A stretch of 64,000 nucleotides of DNA from Candidatus Uhrbacteria bacterium. Lineage in GTDB: Bacteria; Patescibacteriota; Patescibacteriia; UBA9934. Both the position numbers and the translations under genes were made by a program. This document shows positions 49,247 through 58,135 of the stretch, piece by piece. The first letter of the stretch is position 1, and every line of letters begins with the position of its first letter. The notes beneath the pieces are model-generated. The model saw only the letters and a program-made list of their open reading frames with translations. It was not told the origin of the DNA and ran no database searches. The stretch lies in NCBI GenBank assembly GCA_943358395.1, contig CALRGY010000001.1, forward strand, positions 8,008 to 72,007, in the 5' to 3' direction.

Positions 49247-50850
49247 ACCACCGTACTTACTACCTCTACCGGCGCTGAACGCCGAAACATCTTTCGATGA
49301 ATGCTGCGAGTAAACGCTGTCATATCTTCGTTGCGTAGCACGAGACCGCACGCAATGTATGCCGCAAAACCTAAGCCCCCAGCGAATGCCGTCTGCACAA
49401 ACACGCTTATCCATGAATTTAACGGAATCAACCCCACCACCGCATATTTCACACCTTGAGTAACGACGCCGCCGATCACTGCGGCAATTGAAATGATGAA
49501 TGTTGTTCGGAGAATACGTTTTTCATCCAACGCCCCCACTTTGTGCCGCAAACACACCCACAACAGCGCGATCTGAACAATCGCTGAAATACTGAATGCT
49601 GCACTCAACCCAATAACACCAAAATGCGGAGCCAACACCGAGCCAAGCCCGATGTTCACCACTGTCGAAATTATCGCCACGACAAACGGCGTTTTTGCAT
49701 CTTCAAGGGCAAAGAATGCACGCACCAAAATAGTCACCAATGCCTGTGCTGCAAAGCTCATGGTAAATAATGCCAAGGTATCCGCGGTGGTCACCGTGGC
49801 AGCCCAATCAAAGTTCTTTCCCCCAAACGCCAAACGTACCAGCTGTGCACGCAGAAGCAAAAACATCACCGTTGCCGGCACAATCCAGAGCAAAACATTT
49901 CGAACAGCACTGGAAAACGTCTGCACAAACCCAAGCATATCTTTTGCAGCGACTCGCTCACAAAGCATAGGAAACGATGCCACGGCATACGCCATTGCAA
50001 TCACGCCAATCGGAAACGAATTGAGGTTATACGCCAGCTTAAACACTGTTGTTGACCCAGCAAGAAGCACGCTTGCCATTGCCGTCATCACCACAAAATT
50101 CCCCTGGCTCACCGCAAGCCCCAGTACCCGAGGAATCATTTGAATCGCGGTGGTGCGGAGGTCAGGATCTCGCAGATTAAACACAGGGCGATAGGTATAC
50201 CCCAAGGCATACACGCCAATCCCCTGAAGAAGCGCGTGCATCATCGCGCCAAGAACACTCCCCCACGCCAAACCAATCGGACCAAGTACTGGAACAAAAA
50301 TGATGACACCGACGATGATGCCGATATTGTTGACGATGGGGGCAAGAGCATACAAGAAGAACCGACGGGTTCCCTGCAGCACCGAACCAAACACCATCGA
50401 TGCCGCAAAGAATAGCTCCGCGATATACATCACACGGCTCATCGAAACCGTCATTGCCATCTTCTCTACACCGTATCCTGGCGCAATAATCGGCACCGTC
50501 CATGGAGCAGTCAGTATTGCAAGCCCTGCTGCCACCGCAAACACCACACCAAACACATTGAAAATAGTATTCGTAAACCGCCACGCTTTCTCAGCATCAT
50601 GATGATAATGCTTGGCAAAAATGGGAATAAAGCTTGCAGAAAGGGCGCCAAGAATGAGCAACTGCAGGAGCAAATCGGGAATAAGGAACGCGCTGGTATA
50701 CGCATCAAGTGTATCCCCTGCTCCAAACGTTCCTGCCAAAATATAATCCCGCAATGCGCCAAAGAGTCGCGACACCATCGATAGCCCACCGATGATGAAG
50801 GCAGCACTCGTAATGCTTCCAGCTTTACTCGTGAAAAGCTTCTTGATCAT
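49243..50850 (-). CDS. murJ: lipid II flippase MurJ (MviN)
   Basis: 535 aa, 14 TM segments, N-terminal SRLFGALRDYILAGTFGAG...DAY..AF.IP signature. Confidence 0.8.
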   Translation of the reverse strand: MIKKLFTSKAGSITSAAFIIGGLSMVSRLFGALRDYILAGTFGAGDTLDAYTSAFLIPDLLLQLLILGALSASFIPIFAKHYHHDAEKAWRFTNTIFNVFGVVFAVAAGLAILTAPWTVPIIAPGYGVEKMAMTVSMSRVMYIAELFFAASMVFGSVLQGTRRFFLYALAPIVNNIGIIVGVIIFVPVLGPIGLAWGSVLGAMMHALLQGIGVYALGYTYRPVFNLRDPDLRTTAIQMIPRVLGLAVSQGNFVVMTAMASVLLAGSTTVFKLAYNLNSFPIGVIAMAYAVASFPMLCERVAAKDMLGFVQTFSSAVRNVLLWIVPATVMFLLLRAQLVRLAFGGKNFDWAATVTTADTLALFTMSFAAQALVTILVRAFFALEDAKTPFVVAIISTVVNIGLGSVLAPHFGVIGLSAAFSISAIVQIALLWVCLRHKVGALDEKRILRTTFIISIAAVIGGVVTQGVKYAVVGLIPLNSWISVFVQTAFAGGLGFAAYIACGLVLRNEDMTAFTRSIHRKMFRRSAPVEVVSTVV

Positions 50851-51976
50851 ACCGTCGGCGAAGAGCGAAATATGCCCAAACGCAACCGCACACTACCGCA
50901 AGCAGTAGCCCGATCACGCATAAAACCAACGGATTCTCTAAGTGAAAAAATGAAACGTCAATCACCTGCGCATCGGAAAGCACACTGCCATCTGCGTTCA
51001 CAATAGCGAGTGTGACGGTATACGTTCCTGGCCCGGAAAAGGCGTGGGTAATATGCGGCTGCACGCTGGTGGCGCCATCACCAAAATCCCAGCTCAACTG
51101 CACACCACTTTTCGGCTGCTCCACTACCGTAAATTCATACGTCCGCCAATCAGTCTGCCACGTGGTAAACCGGGCAAACGGTGATACAACAAGCTTCGAA
51201 ATCGATGCAAAAGGATTAAACTTTGATGCCTCGACAGCAGCCGATGACGGAGCGGTGGTTTGCGAAGTCACCGTAGCCGGATTCGATGATGCAGAGGCGG
51301 TGCTCGGAGTTTGCGATGAAACGGTTGGTGCTGATGACGCTGGTATCGGCGTTGCCGGCGTTGGGGAAACAGCAGGCGTTGGCACAACAATCCCAGTCAC
51401 CGTTGCATCTTCCGGCGCAGGGTCGTCGCCATCTATTACGCCATCATTGTCGTCATCCACATCGCACACGTCACCCTTCCCATCACCGTCTGCATCACGC
51501 TGATCTGCATTCGCGTCATTCACACACGTATCTTGTTCATCGATGATGCCGTCCCGATCTGCATCAGAAATTGCGGTGTACAAGGGCGTAATCGCCGAAT
51601 CATTCTCCGCATTCACATCCTGGGGCGTAGAGCCCTGCAGCACCGCGCGAATGTTAAATGTGCCAGTAGGCACTGTAAAATCAACAAAAACATCGTCTGG
51701 GTTCCCATTCGCACGCAAGGAAACCGCCTGCGATTGCCCAATAACCATTCCCCCCTGGTAAAACAGCACCGATGCCGTGGTATCAACATCCCCCACATTC
51801 CGTATCCTGGCATAAATCCGAATCGTATCGCCGGCATAAAGCGTCGGCACCGAAAAGGAAATATGATTCGCATCGAGCGCAAGATCGGGGGACGAAGCCC
51901 GTGCACCAAGCGGAATCGTAAGAACGATCATGGAAACGCCGATGATCCAAGAACGAAATCGATGAGATTGAAGCAT
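50825..51976 (-). CDS. membrane-anchored surface protein (CARDB-like domain, TSP3 Ca-binding repeats, T/P/S linker, PKD domain, C-terminal TM)
   Basis: Signal peptide MLQSHRFRSWIIGVSMIVLTIPLGARA; D.D.DGI.D.QD repeats; PKD motif WDFGDG; C-terminal hydrophobic anchor followed by RRR. Confidence 0.6.
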   Translation of the reverse strand: MLQSHRFRSWIIGVSMIVLTIPLGARASSPDLALDANHISFSVPTLYAGDTIRIYARIRNVGDVDTTASVLFYQGGMVIGQSQAVSLRANGNPDDVFVDFTVPTGTFNIRAVLQGSTPQDVNAENDSAITPLYTAISDADRDGIIDEQDTCVNDANADQRDADGDGKGDVCDVDDDNDGVIDGDDPAPEDATVTGIVVPTPAVSPTPATPIPASSAPTVSSQTPSTASASSNPATVTSQTTAPSSAAVEASKFNPFASISKLVVSPFARFTTWQTDWRTYEFTVVEQPKSGVQLSWDFGDGATSVQPHITHAFSGPGTYTVTLAIVNADGSVLSDAQVIDVSFFHLENPLVLCVIGLLLAVVCGCVWAYFALRRRYDQEAFHE

Positions 51977-51997
51977 AGTAAAGAAATGAAAATCGTC

Positions 51998-52122
51998 TAG
52001 AAACAGATTATTTTCGACCAGTTTCGGTGCGCATCGAGGAAATGTCGTGAGACGTACTTCATGGTACGTTGAACGACTTTCCGATGATGCAAGCCGAAAA
52101 TGGGCAAAATAATCCGTTTCTA
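51998..52122. repeat. 125-bp palindromic dispersed element, copy 8
   Basis: Termini tagaaacagattatttt and aaaataatccgtttcta; the terminal cta (52120-52122) is the stop codon of pduL on the minus strand. Confidence 0.85.
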
Positions 52123-52719
52123 GTGTTGAATATCCCTGATTCGAACATGCGCACCGGAATGCAGCCACATCTCACGAGCAAGATCCTGATGAATATGCAA
52201 ACGAGCACGATACGTTGGATGCACCCGAACAATCACCCCCTCGATGACGCACGTGGCATCCCCAACCACGTCCACCCGCACCACCGCACCATGTGCAAGC
52301 CGCAACGCCGTTGCTTCACTATCGGAAAGATGCAAATGCGGTTTTGGAACAATCACCGATGCCTGAGCATCAACAGTGCCATGCGCAGTACGCAAACGGC
52401 AGGGCTTCGCTGCAGCCAAGTCGCCAGACTTTGCCAGCGGCGCATCAATCCCCAGGAGTCGCGCTTCCGTAGGCGTAAGCTCTACCTGCGTTGCTTTCCG
52501 GTGCGGCCCCAGCACCCGCAACGTCACACACTCTCCATTCGCCCCAATCACATCCACCATTTCCGCATACGCAAACTGCCCAGCCTGCGAAAGCTCGTAC
52601 CGCACCGTCCCCGCATTCCCCTCACCAAAAAGCACCTCATGATGCGCCGCCGAAACATGCACATGCGACGGAATAACTTCTACAGGAATAGGACGAGACA
52701 TACCGGAAAAGTATATCAC
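52120..52719 (-). CDS. pduL: PduL-type phosphate acyltransferase (phosphotransacetylase/propanoyltransferase)
   Basis: Two PduL half-domains: PIPVEVIPSHVHVS, VLGPHRKATQVELTPTEARLLGIDAPLAKSGDL and SVIVPKPHLHLS, RLHIHQD; aligns closely with Salmonella PduL from memory. Confidence 0.75.
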   Translation of the reverse strand: MIYFSGMSRPIPVEVIPSHVHVSAAHHEVLFGEGNAGTVRYELSQAGQFAYAEMVDVIGANGECVTLRVLGPHRKATQVELTPTEARLLGIDAPLAKSGDLAAAKPCRLRTAHGTVDAQASVIVPKPHLHLSDSEATALRLAHGAVVRVDVVGDATCVIEGVIVRVHPTYRARLHIHQDLAREMWLHSGAHVRIRDIQH

Positions 52720-52727
52720 GGCATGGA

Positions 52728-53441
52728 CTACTTCTTCTCCTCATACCCAAACCCATATTTAAACTTGTCTCCACGGATAGGGCCGAGGAAGATGAGATGA
52801 AGTTCGGCGAGAATGTATTTGATGCCCATGGAAAAGCGGCCGTCGCGCTCTTGACGACGAGTGGTGACGAAAATTTTCACCGAATCAAGGAATCCAAAGG
52901 TGCTGATCTTTGCCGCTCTGCCGGCATATTCATGGTCTTCACAAAACATAATGGATTCATCGAAACCGCCAATCTTCTCATGCACCGATCGCTGAACAAA
53001 AATGCAAAAGCCCGGGGCATGGGGGTGAAACGCGCCAAGCAGCCGGGCATACCTATTATAAAATTTGTGCACAAACACATCGTACGTATTGCCATCAATC
53101 ACCCCCAAATTACAGGAAGCAATGCCAAATCCTCGTTTATGAAACTCTGCCAACGCCTTCTCCAAAAATTGATCGTCTTGAATAACCACGTCAGCGTCGA
53201 AGAAAAAAATCACCTCCCCCGTCGCAACCTTCGCCCCTCTGTTCCGTCCGGTACTCGGTAAACCCCCATCGACCACTCGAGCACCGTGCTGTTCTGCGAT
53301 CACCCGTGTGTCATCCGTCGAATGCGCATCTGCCACAATAATCTCTTGTGGCTGAAGCGTTTGACGACGTATTGCCTCAAGCACGCCAGGCAAATAGCGC
53401 TGTTCGTTTTTGGTGGGGATGACAATGGAAAGTGTAGGCAT
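52728..53441 (-). CDS. family 2 glycosyltransferase
   Basis: LSIVIPTKNE and DAD motifs; start at MPTLSIV, so the upstream extension that would overlap the tRNA is rejected. Confidence 0.75.
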   Translation of the reverse strand: MPTLSIVIPTKNEQRYLPGVLEAIRRQTLQPQEIIVADAHSTDDTRVIAEQHGARVVDGGLPSTGRNRGAKVATGEVIFFFDADVVIQDDQFLEKALAEFHKRGFGIASCNLGVIDGNTYDVFVHKFYNRYARLLGAFHPHAPGFCIFVQRSVHEKIGGFDESIMFCEDHEYAGRAAKISTFGFLDSVKIFVTTRRQERDGRFSMGIKYILAELHLIFLGPIRGDKFKYGFGYEEKK

Positions 53442-53460
53442 AGCAACGTTGTGCATACTG

Positions 53461-53534
53461 TGCGTCTGGCGTGATTCGAACACACGACCTCTTCCTTCGG
53501 AGGGAAGCGCTCTATCCAGCTGAGCTACAAACGC
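53461..53534 (-). tRNA. tRNA-Arg (anticodon CCG)
   Basis: Reverse complement GCGTTTGTAGCTCAGCTGGATAGAGCGCTTCCCTCCGAAGGAAGAGGTCGTGTGTTCGAATCACGCCAGACGCA folds with a 7-bp acceptor stem, D-arm GCTC/GAGC, anticodon stem CTTCC/GGAAG with loop CTCCGAA, and a GTTCGAATC T-loop; CCA is not encoded. Confidence 0.85.
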
Positions 53535-53556
53535 ACGGTCGGCACAACGTCACAGG

Positions 53557-53681
53557 TAGGACTTCCTCATTTTGTCTATTTTCGACTCAGATCATCGGAA
53601 AATTGTTCAACGTACCAGGTAGTACGTCTCACGAATTTTCCTCGATCTTCATCGAAACTAGCCTAAAATGAGAAAGTCCTA
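53557..53681. repeat. 125-bp palindromic dispersed element, copy 9
   Basis: Near-identical to copy 2; its terminal cta (53679-53681) is the stop codon of the TrmH-like gene. Confidence 0.85.
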
Positions 53682-54116
53682 TTCTTTTCTACTACAGAGA
53701 TACATCGCCACACCGCTTGCGACGGAAACATTCAACGACCGCTTCTTATCCATCGGAATCTCCACAATCCCATCAAGCATAGCACGGGTTGCTGCATCGA
53801 TTCCCTCAACTTCGCTCCCCAGAACCAATGCAAGCTTTTTCACCCCACATTCTGTAATTGGCACTGCGCCCTCTCCGGTTTCCAAGCCCCACACAGCATA
53901 CCCCTCTGCCCGCACCTCGTCGATCACCTCCCGAATCTCCTCCGCCTCCCACGGCACCAAATCCTCTGCTCCTAAAGAAACCTTCGCAATCTCCTTTCGT
54001 GGCGGCACCCCCGTAATTCCCGTCAAATACACCTTTTCCACCCCAAACGCCGCCGCATTCCGCAAAATAGACCCCACATTGTGCAAACTTCGAATATTGT
54101 GCGCGATGATGATCAT
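53679..54116 (-). CDS. SpoU/TrmH-family RNA 2'-O-methyltransferase (TrmL-like)
   Basis: SPOUT blocks IIIAHNIRSLHNVGSILRNAAAFG, LVLGSEVEGI and EIPM...SLNVSVA. Confidence 0.75.
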   Translation of the reverse strand: MIIIAHNIRSLHNVGSILRNAAAFGVEKVYLTGITGVPPRKEIAKVSLGAEDLVPWEAEEIREVIDEVRAEGYAVWGLETGEGAVPITECGVKKLALVLGSEVEGIDAATRAMLDGIVEIPMDKKRSLNVSVASGVAMYLCSRKE

Positions 54117-54119
54117 AAT

Positions 54120-54368
54120 CTACGTAATATGCTCATCAAATTCCTCCTGCGTGCATACACCCCCCTTCACCAACCAATCGCGAAATCCCTTCACGATATA
54201 TTTATTCACCTCTCGGTGACTCAAAGGCAATGGAAACGCCGATCCGGTCGATGCTTGTACTTTGATGTTATGCCGACCTCCCGGGTCAAGAGTGATTCCA
54301 GGCTTCCTCGAAAGCCACTGAAGAAACTGGGAAAGCTTTTTCGATGAAATATTTGCGTATTCCCCCAT
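54120..54368 (-). CDS. HicA-like (YcfA family) toxin candidate
   Basis: 82 aa; L..WLSRKPGITLDPGGRHNIKV resembles the HicA dsRBD-like fold with a conserved His. Confidence 0.35.
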   Translation of the reverse strand: MGEYANISSKKLSQFLQWLSRKPGITLDPGGRHNIKVQASTGSAFPLPLSHREVNKYIVKGFRDWLVKGGVCTQEEFDEHIT

Positions 54369-54370
54369 AT

Positions 54371-54784
54371 TTACGCTGCCGTCACCATTTCAGACGGGAA
54401 TGACAATAATCCAAAATTCGACTGCAATACGTCGGAATTCTCCAATTTTTCTCGTTCGATTCGGGAGGGAGCGAAAAGCCCATTCGCAAGAATCACCGTG
54501 GAATATTCTATTGGAACGTTCAGGACAACCAACAATCCTTCGTTGATCATCCGAATAAAATCCTCTGCATTTTTGCCTTGAGTCGGAAATGTTAACGCAC
54601 CAGCCTCGACGTTTCCAACAATATATCCGTCATCTCGCCACCAAGAAACCTGAATATTCGAAGGAAGCTTTTGATAATACGCCACCAAAACCTCTGGAAT
54701 AATTTCCGGAGGCACTACCTTCGATCGAACATGTTTGAACCACGTTTGTATGCGTAAAACGGTTAAAAACATAAAATTCAGCAA
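54371..54784 (-). CDS. HicB-like (UPF0150) antitoxin candidate
   Basis: WWRDDGYIVGNVEAGALTFPTQGKNAEDFIRMINEGL matches the HicB N-terminal RNase-H-like fold; sits 2 nt upstream of the HicA-like ORF. Confidence 0.35.
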   Translation of the reverse strand: MLNFMFLTVLRIQTWFKHVRSKVVPPEIIPEVLVAYYQKLPSNIQVSWWRDDGYIVGNVEAGALTFPTQGKNAEDFIRMINEGLLVVLNVPIEYSTVILANGLFAPSRIEREKLENSDVLQSNFGLLSFPSEMVTAA

Positions 54785-54842
54785 TATATCTTATGTGAAC
54801 CATATCAAAAAAACCGCTTTTCGGCTATCCTCACTGCCATCT

Positions 54843-56021
54843 ATGAACACCCTTTGCCCAAAGCCTGATGTGTGCGGTTCGTGTGGTTGGAGCCATATTC
54901 CGTACGAAAAGCAGTTGCAGCAAAAGCTTTCAGACATTAATGGTTCATTTGCCATCAAAAAGCTTAAGCTCCACGTTGACGACATCTTCGCTTCCCCAAA
55001 AACGTCGCATTATCGCAATCGAATGGACTTTGTTATTAACTTCAAGGGCGAAATGGGGCTACGAGAAAAGGGAAAGTGGTGGAAGGTCATCGACGATCAT
55101 ACGTGCTTTTTGGGCGACGAAAAGATCGAAGCATTGTTCCCCATTGTTCGCGAATGGGTGCAGTCGTCTGGACTTTCATTCTTCGATCGGAAGTCCAACA
55201 TCGGTACCCTTCGCTACGCAGTGATTCGTTCAACAAGCATTGGCGAAACCATGATTATCATCGTCACCAGCGCGCCAAATGGTGAATCGCAAACTGGCGA
55301 GGGGAATGTTTCAATGATCGTAGAAACAAATGATGATACGGTGAAAATCGAGGCTGCACTCGCCGATCTTGCATCCAAGGCCAATACAACAACCCTTGTT
55401 TGGTCGATTAATCACACCATTTCCGACGTCTCCTTTGGTGATGATCTTCGCGTGATCAGTGGCGCAGGCGCGATCAACGAAATCATCGACGGAAAGAAAT
55501 TCCGTATTTCGCCCAACGCGTTCTTCCAAACAAATTCGTACGCTGCGCCGATGCTCCTCTCAACGGTACGCGAATTTGCTGGCGATCTTACGGGAAAAAC
55601 GCTTCTCGATTTGTACTGCGGCACCGGATTCTTTGCCGTGGCTCTTGCCGATGATGCCGCAAAAACCATCGGTGTCGAGCTCGTTCCTGATGCGATTCGC
55701 GACGCACGAGTCAATGCGGAGCTGAATGGAGGAGAGGTCACGTTCCATGACGCAAAGACGGAAAACTTCGACTGGATGGCGCTTGGTGCCGATGTCGTCA
55801 TTCTCGATCCCCCACGTTCCGGCATGCACGATAAAGCCCTTGCCGACGTCATTGCCGCAAAGCCCGCCCGTATTGTCTACATCTCCTGCAACTACAAAAA
55901 CTTCGCCCGCGAAATGGTAGAGCTTTCAAAATACTACACCGTCGAAGCCATCCGCGCCGTCGACATGTTCCCCCACACGCCACACGTGGAATTAGTAACG
56001 GCGTTGGTGTTGAAAAAGTGA
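54843..56021 (+). CDS. RlmD/TrmA-family (uracil-5)-RNA methyltransferase with N-terminal Fe-S Cys cluster
   Basis: CPKPDVCGSCGW...C cluster, FFQTN, SAM motif LDLYCGTGFFA and DPPRSG. Confidence 0.75.
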   Translation: MNTLCPKPDVCGSCGWSHIPYEKQLQQKLSDINGSFAIKKLKLHVDDIFASPKTSHYRNRMDFVINFKGEMGLREKGKWWKVIDDHTCFLGDEKIEALFPIVREWVQSSGLSFFDRKSNIGTLRYAVIRSTSIGETMIIIVTSAPNGESQTGEGNVSMIVETNDDTVKIEAALADLASKANTTTLVWSINHTISDVSFGDDLRVISGAGAINEIIDGKKFRISPNAFFQTNSYAAPMLLSTVREFAGDLTGKTLLDLYCGTGFFAVALADDAAKTIGVELVPDAIRDARVNAELNGGEVTFHDAKTENFDWMALGADVVILDPPRSGMHDKALADVIAAKPARIVYISCNYKNFAREMVELSKYYTVEAIRAVDMFPHTPHVELVTALVLKK

Positions 56022-56950
56022 CCTCTCCCCCATTTATGGGGGAGTCGGAGGGGGAGAGGGAAAGTGAAGTGAGTCTTTGGAGGGGTTAAGTGGTGACAGG
56101 AATCGGAGCAGCCAGATCCTGAGGCTCCGCCGAAGGACCCCGAACGAACCTACTCGTAAACAATTCGGGGCGTGAGGGATGGGAGTCTTGGAAGGGGTTG
56201 TGAGTCCGGACGTGAACCTGGACGTGAACTCTCCTCCATTTATGGGGGAGTTAGGAGGGGGCTGAATCGGAGGGGGTCTCATTTTGAAATGACACCCCCC
56301 CATTTTCGACCTTTTTCAACAGGACACTCTGCCGCGACGTGATCGTGAAATCGGCGAAAAGTGTCTTAAATGGGGACGCACGGAAATCATCAACGGCATA
56401 CGTCATCACTTACCCTGGATCGTTATCATCGGTATCGACCAACGGTTTCTTCTTGCGAATGATTCGCATTAGCAAGAAGCCTCTTTGGAAAACCACATAG
56501 TCAAATTCCGACCTCAAAAACTGATCACCTCAATCGGCTATACACAAAAGAATCAATAAAACATCACGTCGACTGTCTTCATCGGAATCCTCCTCACATA
56601 CGATGATAATAGTCCCTTCTCATCGAATCCCGATCATCATCCCGTCCTCTACATGCAACTCAGTTGCATTAGCAGGACCCCCCTTTTTAAATCGCAACCC
56701 CCTCTGGTTCAGATCCCTCCGATTCACAACCCTTTCAAAGACTCACCTCCCGAATCGTTTACCCGTCAGCTCATTTGAGGTCCTTCCCACTGCGCTAAAG
56801 CTTCGTGGGGACAGGTCGGCGTAGCCTCAGGATCTGGGACGCTCCGATTCCTGTTCTCCCTCCAACCCCATTCAAAGATCACCCTCCTCTCACCGCCTAC
56901 CCCCAACCCCTTCAAAGACTCCCCTCACTTTCGATTCTTCCGAGCCAGCG
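56022..56950. repeat. 0.9-kb composite element B (inverted copy of element A)
   Basis: G-arm 56022-56290; C-arm 56690-56950; the two arms are inverted repeats of each other (for example caggaatcggagcagccagatcctgaggctccgcc versus the reverse complement of ggcgtagcctcaggatctgggacgctccgattcctg); the core ends atgcaactcagttgcattag, the reverse complement of the start of core A; cores are roughly 70-80% identical in opposite orientation. Confidence 0.75.
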
Positions 56951-57260
56951 TCACGTGAAGCGTTGCGGCATTAAGCATGGTATTGAAACGTTCGTAATAA
57001 GGGGCATGATCTTTAGGATCAATGCCTTCTATTGTTTTCTGAAACGCTGCCCGCATAAAGTCATTTGCTCGACGAAAATCATGACCAGTGCGCTGGGCAC
57101 TGGAAACAACCTGCTCAAATCGACGAAAAAATATTTCCTCCACAAGAAAATCCTCCGCAGCCTGCATCATCGTCGGCGACTCTTTTGGAGTCAAAGCCTC
57201 AGAAAAAAATTCCTGCGAAGACGGAACACGCGAATCCTCCAATCGCCAAGGCTTTCCCAT
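56925..57260 (-). CDS. hypothetical protein (111 aa)
   Basis: ORF 3 nt downstream of the J-domain gene; no recognisable motif; its last codons run into the C-rich repeat arm. Confidence 0.35.
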   Translation of the reverse strand: MGKPWRLEDSRVPSSQEFFSEALTPKESPTMMQAAEDFLVEEIFFRRFEQVVSSAQRTGHDFRRANDFMRAAFQKTIEGIDPKDHAPYYERFNTMLNAATLHVTLARKNRK

Positions 57261-57262
57261 AT

Positions 57263-58060
57263 TTAATCGTCTTCACCAAACTCCCTCACAATCGCCCGCG
57301 CCAACATTGCTTTAAATTGCTCACGCAATGGTTCTCGAGATTTCACACTCATACCTTGAATGACCTGTTCAAACTTCCTCTGCACCTCAACGACTACTCC
57401 TATTCTGGCACCATAATTATTGCCCATGGCACGCATAAATATCTGAGCAAAAGCCTCTGGCTCAAGAAACGCTTCGACGTATTCCCGACAACACGTTTGC
57501 GCCAAATCTTCAAAACGGATCGAAAATGCTACCCGATCCCGGTACGGCACCCCCTCCAAATACGTCTCAAATTCGCCCCGTAACTTGTTCCTGGCATCAA
57601 GAGTGATGCCCTTACAGTCTTTCATCGCATCAGCAAACCGGGCAGAAAAGAAGGTGACATTCAAAAAGTTGCGCATTTGCTGTTCTTTTGGCGAAAGCGC
57701 ATCGATCCCCATCCGCTCGCGGGGTGGCGGAGGTTTCACCGCTTTCCTTGTACGAGAAACCGCCGGAGTCGTATTCTGAAGAGCATCATAAACACGTCGT
57801 TTCTTTTCATCACCGAGAACCTCATAAGCATCGGCAAACGCTCGAAATCGAGCCTCCGCCTCAGGATCATTCGGATGTCGATCGGGATGCGTTTCCATGA
57901 CCGCCTTTCTCCATGCACTTTTGATCGCTCGATCATCTGCGTCTTTTAATACGCCAAGCACAGCATAGTGATCAATCGGTGTATGCAATTCTACCGATGG
58001 CGCATTTCTTCCTCCTTCAAAACCTCTTCCCGATCGAGTCATATATTGCGACGTATTCAT
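57263..58060 (-). CDS. J-domain (DnaJ-like) protein
   Basis: J-domain with HPD motif (HYAVLGV...AWRKAVMETHPDRH...AYEVLGD...RRVYD); the C-terminal region is unrelated to DnaJ. Confidence 0.7.
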   Translation of the reverse strand: MNTSQYMTRSGRGFEGGRNAPSVELHTPIDHYAVLGVLKDADDRAIKSAWRKAVMETHPDRHPNDPEAEARFRAFADAYEVLGDEKKRRVYDALQNTTPAVSRTRKAVKPPPPRERMGIDALSPKEQQMRNFLNVTFFSARFADAMKDCKGITLDARNKLRGEFETYLEGVPYRDRVAFSIRFEDLAQTCCREYVEAFLEPEAFAQIFMRAMGNNYGARIGVVVEVQRKFEQVIQGMSVKSREPLREQFKAMLARAIVREFGEDD

Positions 58061-58135
58061 TGACCAAAACGCACTTTTCCGCTAACATAAGCCCATTATC
58101 TTTTGTTTCATCGTTCATTGCGATGAAGATCACCT

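Noticed and set aside
52069-52800. 243-aa + strand ORF over pduL
   Set aside because: It is antisense to the well-supported PduL frame and begins inside repeat copy 8.
53441-53483. N-terminal extension MFESRQTHSMHNVA of the GT2 ORF
   Set aside because: It would overlap the tRNA-Arg gene at 53461-53534 on the same strand. The conserved GT2 N-terminus starts at MPTLSIVIPT.
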